From: an uncultured virus (IMG/VR IMGVR_UViG_3300026078_000030)
Taxonomy: Duplodnaviria; Heunggongvirae; Uroviricota; Caudoviricetes
IMG/VR virus record: IMGVR_UViG_3300026078_000030
Length of the DNA: 64,000 nucleotides
Reading direction: 5' to 3' (one strand)
Shown one piece after another: positions 19,164-25,981 of this stretch. The notes below the pieces were generated by a model, which saw only the letters and a list, made by a program, of their open reading frames with translations, was not told where the DNA came from and did not search any database. Each line of letters starts with the position of its first letter. Position 1 is the first letter of the stretch. The position numbers and the translations under genes are program-made.

Positions 19164-19979
19164 CTAAACTTCTGTCGTGCTGCACGCTTCGACGCCGATA
19201 GCCTTCGCTATCTCGCGCACTTCCGTCAATCGAATCATGCGGTCGAGTAATTTGACTGCCGAATCTTGCAGCCGAGATATAGACGGATTCAATGCATCCC
19301 GTGCGGCAGCCCCTGCGGCAGCCCCTGCGGCAGCCCCTGCGGCAGCCCCTGCGGCATCCCGTGCGGCAGCCCATGCGGCAGCCCATGCGGCATCCCGTGC
19401 GGCATCCCCTGCGGCAGCCCATGCGGAATCCCGTGCGACATCCCGTGCGGCAGCCCGTGCGGCAGCCCCTGCGGCATCCCGTGCGGCATCCCATGCGGCA
19501 TCCCGTGCGACAGCCCATGCGGCAGCCCATGCGGCAGCCCATGCGGCATCCCGTGCGGCATCCCGTGCGGCACTTATAACCGGAACAGTCACGTCGAAGT
19601 TCGATTCATTGATCTCCGGCAATCCCCGGAGAATCGTCGCGTGCTGCTTCAGCGCCGGAGACAACGAAAGAAATTCGGCGGCACACTCTCGCACGAGCCA
19701 ATCGAATGCCATCCACGACCGCTGCAATTCGATTTCGGCACTCGCCCGCGTGCCTGGCAGTCGATAGACAAATTGCTGCAACAGTCGATCGCGGTCCTTG
19801 TCCGTCGGCAGCGCGTCATTCCACGATCGGCAGAATGCGCCGATTACCGGGCAAATGCATGGTGCAGAATCGCTGAACGCGGACCCCGAAATCATGGCCG
19901 CCGCTTCCATCACACACGTCCCGTCATCTGGCGATCTATGGGAACCACCAGACAGTCGAAATGTCCTCAGCTCGTCCAT
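19164..19979 (-). CDS. Phage protein with Ala-rich 4-aa repeats
   Basis: GSH...CVMEAAA...FSD..PCICPVI; AARDAAWA repeats. Confidence 0.75.
   Translation of the reverse strand: MDELRTFRLSGGSHRSPDDGTCVMEAAAMISGSAFSDSAPCICPVIGAFCRSWNDALPTDKDRDRLLQQFVYRLPGTRASAEIELQRSWMAFDWLVRECAAEFLSLSPALKQHATILRGLPEINESNFDVTVPVISAARDAARDAAWAAAWAAAWAVARDAAWDAARDAAGAAARAAARDVARDSAWAAAGDAARDAAWAAAWAAARDAAGAAAGAAAGAAAGAAARDALNPSISRLQDSAVKLLDRMIRLTEVREIAKAIGVEACSTTEV
19294..19571. repeat. 12-bp in-frame tandem repeat array
   Basis: gcggca(g/t)ccc(c/a/g)t units. Confidence 0.9.
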
Positions 19980-20175
19980 GCTTTTGCTCCTTGTTGATTT
20001 GCCACAGTCCTGTTGAGTCCCGATCGTCGCCGAGAGCAATCGCAAGTTGCCGACCGGGCCAACAATCGGCAATCGGTCATGCTCTCGGCGACGACGGGGA
20101 CTCTTCGGCTCGCCCCGTATCGCGCCGCACGTTACGGCGCTCGCGGGATAGAGCCACCATCAGCACGTTGCTGAA

Positions 20176-20247
20176 TAGTGCCGGCAGGAATTGCACCTAC
20201 GACCTCCAGGTTATGAGCCTGGCGAGCTACTACTGCTCCACGGCACG
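20176..20247 (-). tRNA. tRNA-Met(CAT), initiator-like; no encoded CCA
   Basis: CGTGCCGTGGAGCAGTAGTAGCTCGCCAGGCTCATAACCTGGAGGTCGTAGGTGCAATTCCTGCCGGCACTA; 1:72 mismatch. Confidence 0.88.
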
Positions 20248-20289
20248 TCAAACGCTTCTCGCGCTGGTCGGGCAGAGGCCCAATAAACA

Positions 20290-20343
20290 GCGAGTCTCAA
20301 ACGCAAAAACCGTCAACCGGGGGTCTAATTCCAATCGACGGTT
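20290..20343 (-). terminator. Leader terminator/attenuator with antisense target boxes
   Basis: 13-bp stem (G-U pairs work only on minus), loop AAUUAGACCC, U-run, then GAGACUCGC. Confidence 0.7.
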
Positions 20344-20346
20344 CGT

Positions 20347-20375
20347 AAGTTACCGTTGCGGTAACAATCTGTCAA
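20347..20375 (-). promoter_or_regulatory. Early promoter with palindromic operator
   Basis: TTGACA-17-TAACTT; GTTACCG-N3-CGGTAAC at 20349-20365. Confidence 0.8.
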
Positions 20376-20376
20376 A

Positions 20377-20586
20377 TCAATTTACCGCACTGCACTCGTT
20401 ATTTCGCAGAACCGTTTCAGCGATTTGACGCAAGTCCTTTTCGGACAAGAACCAATCACGCGCCAACTTTTTTCCGAATTTTCTTGGAGAGCGGTGTCCG
20501 CGGCAAATTTGGCGTACTCGCCCCTGCGTAATTCCGAGTCGTTCTGCTGCTTCTGTTGTGGAAATCATGGCGTTTTTCGCTTTCAT
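20377..20586 (-). CDS. Excisionase/Cox-like HTH regulator
   Basis: ISTTEAAERLGITQGRVRQIC...RDWFLSEKDL. Confidence 0.75.
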   Translation of the reverse strand: MKAKNAMISTTEAAERLGITQGRVRQICRGHRSPRKFGKKLARDWFLSEKDLRQIAETVLRNNECSAVN

Positions 20587-20598
20587 GGGTTGCCTTTC

Positions 20599-20626
20599 AT
20601 GTTATCGGTTCGGTAACTTAATGCAA
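20599..20626 (-). promoter_or_regulatory. Promoter of the HTH gene with a second operator copy
   Basis: TTGCAT-16-TAACAT; GTTATCG-N3-CGGTAAC at 20601-20617. Confidence 0.7.
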
Positions 20627-20630
20627 TACT

Positions 20631-20698
20631 AAAAAGCTCGCCCTTGAGGTTAGACCCGGCAGAGACTCGCGTAAGCGATGCCAGCAACAAGGGCGAGC
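20631..20698 (-). ncRNA. Candidate C4/CI-like antisense regulatory RNA
   Basis: 11-bp closing stem, inner stems, unpaired GUCUC and GGGUCUAACCU complementary to boxes at 20290-20328 and 28034-28109; U5 tail. Confidence 0.65.
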
Positions 20699-20701
20699 GG
20701 C

Positions 20702-20959
20702 TCAACTGCTAAGTGATCGAATTGCTTCCTTGACGATTCCGACAGCGAAATTTCCAACGAACCAGCCGGCGGGGGCCGAGATGATGCCAGCGACGAACAT
20801 TCCGAGCTTCGTCGGCCAGTCTTCCCGATGGGACTTGTTAATGGCGCATTCGAGGAGCGCCAGCGTACTCGCTGCGATCAAGACGATTCCGCCGAGAACC
20901 CAAGTCAAGGAAATAACTGCGACGGTCGACCCGAGAGAGAGTTTTGCGACATCCCACAT
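20702..20959 (-). CDS. Small membrane protein (2 TM)
   Basis: Two hydrophobic stretches. Confidence 0.55.
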   Translation of the reverse strand: MWDVAKLSLGSTVAVISLTWVLGGIVLIAASTLALLECAINKSHREDWPTKLGMFVAGIISAPAGWFVGNFAVGIVKEAIRSLSS

Positions 20960-21029
20960 GGCACTTCCTCGCTTGAAGTTGAGATTTATGAAACTCAACT
21001 CCCGAAAACACCACATAATAATTTACTAA

Positions 21030-21042
21030 TGGCGGGGACAGG
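21030..21042 (-). other. Candidate attP core resembling the 3' end of a tRNA-fMet
   Basis: CCTGTCCCCGCCA in AT-rich intergenic DNA about 190 bp upstream of the integrase. Confidence 0.45.
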
Positions 21043-21232
21043 CATTGTCGGCCACTGCAAATAAGATCGCAAGTCTGCGCAGAGTTTGCGGGCGGAATCA
21101 ATAGATGAACATGGGCGCCTGATTGGTTTCAGCTATTGCGAATTGTTACTTCGACGTTGAAATAAACAGGATAGGGAGTGAGGAGCGCGGAGGCGTATTC
21201 ACACGGATGGCTCATTAAAATGGGGAGCCACC

Positions 21233-22165
21233 ATGCACACTGTAAAGACGGTCCTCGATGAAACCCTGCGTAGTCATTTCGACGTTCTCTACCGCCCAAA
21301 AAAGCTGTTCGGCAAGAGCCCTGAAACGGTCCGGCTCTACGGGTACACGTTCCGTTATTTCGCCGATTTTCTCGGGCGCGAGCCGACGCTTGCGGACCTG
21401 ACCGACGAATCGGTTATGGCCCTGATGGAGTGGATTCGCGCGAAGCAACTGAGCCTGCGAACGGCGAACAAGACGCGCGACCAACTCTGCGCCCTCTGGT
21501 CGTTCTTGGCGCGCAAGGGACTGGTCAAGACATACCCAGAGGTGCCGAGCTTTCCTGAGCCTGAGCGGTCCCCGACCGCATGGACGCAATCACAGATCCG
21601 TCTGCTGTGGGAATGCTGCGCAGCGCAAGGCGGCTACGTCGGCGGGATTCCTGCCGGGCTTTACTGGCTGACGCTGCATTCGGTCGCGTGGGATTCTCTC
21701 GAACGGATTGGGGCGGTCAAGCAACTTTTGAAAACTGACCTGCAAATGGACTGGACCTGGCTGCACTTCCGCGCCGAGACGCGCAAAGGGCGCCGGAAGG
21801 ATTTCACCACGCGCATTCACGCGAGCACTACGCTGCTGTTGAATCGCCTATGCGCGTGCCAGCCGGAAGAACGGTTGATTTTCCCCTGGCCGTACCATCC
21901 GAGCTACTTCTGGATCAAGTATCGGACGATGCGCGAGCGGGCCGGGCTGCCGACGGACCGGGAGCACAGCTTTCACTGCATCCGCAAGACCGGGGCCTCG
22001 TTCGCGGAAGCGGCCGGTGCCGATGCGTCAAAGCTCCTGGGGCATTCAAGCCGGGCGGTGACGGAGCGGCACTACATCGACGTCACGGTGGCGCAGCGTC
22101 CGCAGGCGATGGACTTCCTGTTCCGTCCCAACGATTCCGAGCCAGAGCCGCCTCGGGCTGCGTAG
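21233..22165 (+). CDS. int: Tyrosine integrase
   Basis: N-terminal SAM-like domain; RIG, RK, HCIRK, LLGHS, HY catalytic residues. Confidence 0.9.
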   Translation: MHTVKTVLDETLRSHFDVLYRPKKLFGKSPETVRLYGYTFRYFADFLGREPTLADLTDESVMALMEWIRAKQLSLRTANKTRDQLCALWSFLARKGLVKTYPEVPSFPEPERSPTAWTQSQIRLLWECCAAQGGYVGGIPAGLYWLTLHSVAWDSLERIGAVKQLLKTDLQMDWTWLHFRAETRKGRRKDFTTRIHASTTLLLNRLCACQPEERLIFPWPYHPSYFWIKYRTMRERAGLPTDREHSFHCIRKTGASFAEAAGADASKLLGHSSRAVTERHYIDVTVAQRPQAMDFLFRPNDSEPEPPRAA

Positions 22166-22292
22166 GAAAGCGAAACGCAGGCCATTGCTGACCGGCGCTC
22201 TCCCGGCAATCCCCTGCCGGCGGGTGGGGTTAGTCGGTCCATCGCACGGTGCATTCGACCCGCAGTTCGCCACTGCGGCCAGTCGACAGCGA

Positions 22293-23626
22293 TTACTCGT
22301 CGGCGATTCGCAAAATTACCTGCGTGCAATCACCCATGTCGCGAATTGCATCGCACAACTCTTGGGGACTGAGCCCGTCCCCCCGTGCGGTCAGGTCTCG
22401 CACTTCGGCATGTCCGGGATAGCTCGTCAATCCGAACAGATCGACGTCGCAAACGCTGGTTCCCTGCACAGTATTCTCGACTACGAAATCCGCGTCCTTC
22501 GCGATGAAGAGCGACCAATCGGGAGTCCGTTCCTGCTGCGACAGGCCAGCAAACCAACCGATTTCGTCCATCGACTCCGCGAGGAACTCCGTGTCTGGGG
22601 GCTGCAACTCAAATTCATGATCGGCCAGCCATTCCCGCAAAGTTCCTTGAGTTTTCGTTTCCATTATTTTTCTCCTGACCCCGCCGGGTTGCCGGGTTGC
22701 CGGGTTGTGGATGGCGGGAGTGGGTTAGTCGACCAGTTCGTCAACGTACCGCATGGCCTCGCGTGCGGTCCTGAATGTCGGTCGTATTCGCTCGCCGGAA
22801 GAGTGGTATAGGAAATAGACGTGCCACCCGTCTCGCTCGCGAACCACGTCCCAATAGAGGCACATCCAATATCCCTTTCCCGGTTTGTGCCAATGATTCA
22901 TCATGGCCGGCAATCCTCTGGATGTCTGACCAGATGCAATGCCTCGCGTGCCAGCTTTAGGACGTTCCCAAGTTTCTCGGAATCGGTTCCGGGGGCGTCA
23001 AGCCAATACTGGACTTCGTGTTTATGTGCCTGATGGCAGATGTCAGACAGCAGTTGTTCGAGCACTTCTTTTGGCTCGACAGTTTTCTTCGTCGCAGTAG
23101 TCGCCATCTCTCACTCTCCAATCAGTTGTCAGGTGGGGTTGGTGGTTATGTCAATTGGGCCGCGGAGCCTGCCGGGTACAGGGGAGATACCGCTAGTTGC
23201 CGAACGCACCCACAATGTATCTACACTTCGCGGCCATCTCTGCATCTTTCGGGTGGCCGCGGCCAAGCTCCCAGTCCTCGGCGCAGAGAATCCATTGTGA
23301 ATATGTAAACCCGTCGAGGAGCGTGTATCCCATACCGGGAAATTTGGAACCACCTGGATACATTAGACCCCGCAATGATTGCAGCGGCATCCTCGACAGT
23401 TGCTCGATTGTCCTCATGATTCGAGGCACTCGATTTCGTCGGCGGTCATGTCGCTGCCAACCGGCAGCGTGTCAAGGTCGTCCTGCGTCGGGCAGCGCAC
23501 TGGCTCTCCGGCGCGATAAACCATGCTAATCGAGCCGTCTGAGCTGAATCGGATTTCTTCTTCGCGTTGTGCCGGCAGGGCGCGGGCCGCATTGGTCTCT
23601 TTGGCCTTCACGTCGTATTTAGCCAT
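22293..23626 (-). other. Cluster of five small hypothetical genes
   Basis: ORFs 22293-22664, 22725-22913, 22901-23107, 23193-23417, 23414-23626, partly coupled. Confidence 0.6.
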
Positions 23627-23905
23627 GATTTTTTTACCCGACTTTTACGGCCTGGGTCCGGCCGGGTCACTCCGACATTGCCGAGTCGGCCGGTTGCGGC
23701 GTTGTGCCGCGTCGCATGATTACGCACGAGCGAAGCAACCTGAGAGCCTGACTGAGTAGCTGTGCCGGTACTCGACTCGCGAGCCGCAACCCGTGTCTAC
23801 CTGCGAGCGAATCGCAGCGGTCAACAGGTGTACCCTAAGCTCGTCTGTGCTGCCGGTCGTGGCATCCGTCAGGTTCAGGTTGGTTCGTTCGTGCGTCATG
23901 TCCCA

Positions 23906-23933
23906 ATTTTACCAACATCGGCAATTATGTCAA
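23906..23933 (-). promoter_or_regulatory. Strong sigma70-type promoter, probably leaderless
   Basis: TTGACA-16-TAAAAT; ATG at 23899. Confidence 0.7.
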
Positions 23934-23972
23934 CCGGAAAACACACAAAATTCAAAGATTTTTCCAAAATCG

Positions 23973-24185
23973 TCATTTTCCGCAGATAATTGCAGCCTTT
24001 TCGAGTGCCGCCAGCCTGACGAAAGTGGACAATTCGCGAGAATCAGCCTTTGCCGCAGCTTCGATCCTCTCACGTTCTTCGTCGGTCAGACGCAAGGCCA
24101 GCCGGTCATTGCGTGGACCATCTTCGGAAATCGGACGGCCGCGTTTGCGGCGAGATTGGCGGGGTTGATGTTTTTTGGGTGGCAT
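23973..24185 (-). CDS. AT-hook plus RHH regulator
   Basis: RKRGRP...RLALRLTDEERERIEAAAKADSRELSTFVR. Confidence 0.75.
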   Translation of the reverse strand: MPPKKHQPRQSRRKRGRPISEDGPRNDRLALRLTDEERERIEAAAKADSRELSTFVRLAALEKAAIICGK

Positions 24186-24229
24186 ATGGAATCCCTTCTG
24201 ATTTTGCATGACGATAAACACACGAAATC

Positions 24230-24301
24230 AGTATCGTCCCCGAACGTGAGAAAGTCAAGCCCCTTCTAGATTCGACAACACGCCTGCCAGACGGATAGAA
24301 T
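24230..24301. promoter_or_regulatory. Divergent promoters
   Basis: Minus TTGACT-17-GATACT; plus TCGACA-18-TAGAAT. Confidence 0.5.
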
Positions 24302-24322
24302 CGACACACGAAAGGATGCACA

Positions 24323-24646
24323 ATGCCAGAGCACGAATTCGATTCATCCATGACCTGCAGCTACTGCGGTGTTTCGGAGTTTGGCACGAAACGCGGTGAA
24401 CAATGTCCATCGCGCACTCCGGCGGCGATATCTGCCGAACGAGAGCGAAAAATCCGAGAGCGATTGCAGGAAGACGCCGAAGCCGAGATCGCTCGCGGAC
24501 AGGGCGCAATGGCCTTCTTGCTTGGATTTCCTGATAAGCCGTCAACTATCGGGGCGGGCGAGCGGTATGGCGTGTACTGGGCATCTGGCTATCAGGGAGC
24601 TAGACTGCGGTTGCACGATGAACTGAAGTCTGCCGCAAATCATTGA
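24323..24646 (+). CDS. Hypothetical protein (moron)
   Basis: RBS AAAGGA; CxxC. Confidence 0.6.
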   Translation: MPEHEFDSSMTCSYCGVSEFGTKRGEQCPSRTPAAISAERERKIRERLQEDAEAEIARGQGAMAFLLGFPDKPSTIGAGERYGVYWASGYQGARLRLHDELKSAANH

Positions 24647-24695
24647 CGCCTCGCAGCTAGCACGCTCGCCGGGCAGTGCGTAGAATTCTGGAATC

Positions 24696-25049
24696 ATGGG
24701 AATCTGCTGGTACTGCTATTGGGGTTGGCCGAAGGCTGTTGCCGATATCTATCTCGAAGCTCTTGCGGCGCTCAACGGCGACGAAACGCTTCTCAAATTC
24801 GGCCCTGCACACATCGTTTGGTCCGACGAGAATTTCGACGGCGCCCAATGGTGCCTGGACCACTTCGACGAATACCGCCGCGAAGAATACAGCGATGCCG
24901 AACATGAAATAGTTCGCGAGTCTCTGCGAAAGCTGCTGCTTGTGCCGGAAGAACTCCGCGATTGCGTGCCGCATGATTACGACGACGAACACCCGGAGAA
25001 CTTTCCGCCTCCGGCGGGAGTCGAGGTCATTCGCAAGGAATCATTCTGA
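24696..25049 (+). CDS. Hypothetical protein
   Basis: ICWYCYWGW...GPAHIVWSDENF. Confidence 0.7.
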   Translation: MGICWYCYWGWPKAVADIYLEALAALNGDETLLKFGPAHIVWSDENFDGAQWCLDHFDEYRREEYSDAEHEIVRESLRKLLLVPEELRDCVPHDYDDEHPENFPPPAGVEVIRKESF

Positions 25050-25267
25050 ACATGACCGAATTGCAAAAAGACTCGTCCATCCCTATCGACGGCATCCACA
25101 GCGCTCCAGTTGCGCCCATCGACATCAAGAAGGGCGACACGCTCAGGATGACTGTCGCAGGCGGCGAACCGCAGAAGATCCTGTCGATCGAGCGCGATGG
25201 GGAAGTGATCTGGCGGGAATCAGAAGACGCTTGACGCGAGCCGTGGCGCCGGGGCAGAATGCGGGGC

Positions 25268-25462
25268 ATGAAGCTCGACCGCTGCTATTGTCAGCATTGC
25301 AAATCCGAAGGCCCGGCGCTGGGTAAAGGGCTCGTCTGGAACTGCACTAAATGCGGATCGCAGACTAAGCCGCCGGAATCTGCAATCACGGCGTATTGGA
25401 TCGTGCTGGCGATTATTGCCGGGGCGATGGTTGTGTGGCTGGTAAAGTGGTGGCTGGGATGA
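25268..25462 (+). CDS. Zn-ribbon membrane protein
   Basis: CQHC...CTKC plus C-terminal TM. Confidence 0.6.
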   Translation: MKLDRCYCQHCKSEGPALGKGLVWNCTKCGSQTKPPESAITAYWIVLAIIAGAMVVWLVKWWLG

Positions 25463-25758
25463 TTGCCAGCCGTTATTGCCGATCCTGTGGCCAACAGCGG
25501 GCCGCAGAATGGAGCGGCCCGAACCACGGCAAGCATTTCGTGCTGACGCTCGTCACCGCCGGGCTGTGGCTCTGGATCTGGCTGCCGCTCGCTTTGTTCG
25601 GCGGAAAGTGGATCTGCCGAGAATGCGGATCGACTTGCCGAGAAACATCAAGGACGACGCTCGCGGGATCTCTGGCGAAGCTGGCTTTTTGGTTGTTCGC
25701 GCTGGCGTTTTTCGCATGTGCGGCGTGGCTGGCCTGGAAAGTTAATCACGGGGGCTGA
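25459..25758 (+). CDS. LITAF-like Zn-ribbon membrane protein
   Basis: CRSC...HFVLTLVTAGLWLWIW...CRECG. Confidence 0.65.
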   Translation: MIASRYCRSCGQQRAAEWSGPNHGKHFVLTLVTAGLWLWIWLPLALFGGKWICRECGSTCRETSRTTLAGSLAKLAFWLFALAFFACAAWLAWKVNHGG

Positions 25759-25804
25759 GCGTCACTTCCCGGCGGACATGCCGCGCTGGGCGAAGTTCAG
25801 CACG

Positions 25805-25981
25805 TTAAGCCGCTTTGTGATTCAGCATCATCGCCACAATAATACACACCCCCAGCCCGCACGCTTCCGCAAAGAACAGTTCGTCGACTTCTCGCGGCAA
25901 CAAAAGGCGAGCCGCGAGAATCGCGCCAGTCAGCGCAGGATACCATGCCCGCAGGGCCTGTCTCGTCGTTGGCCACTTCAT
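25805..25981 (-). CDS. 58-aa membrane protein coupled to the pseudopilin gene
   Basis: ATGA overlap; MKWPTTRQALRAWYPALTGAILAARLLL... Confidence 0.5.
   Translation of the reverse strand: MKWPTTRQALRAWYPALTGAILAARLLLPREVDELFFAEACGLGVCIIVAMMLNHKAA

Noticed and set aside
23363..23370. TTAGACCC here and at 63841 as extra targets
   Set aside because: Inside minus-strand ORFs in the non-pairing orientation, with no partner box or terminator
24915..24927. 13-nt match (CGCGAGTCTCTGC) to the candidate antisense RNA
   Set aside because: Lies in a plus-strand ORF in the same sense as the RNA, so the mRNA cannot pair with it; likely chance
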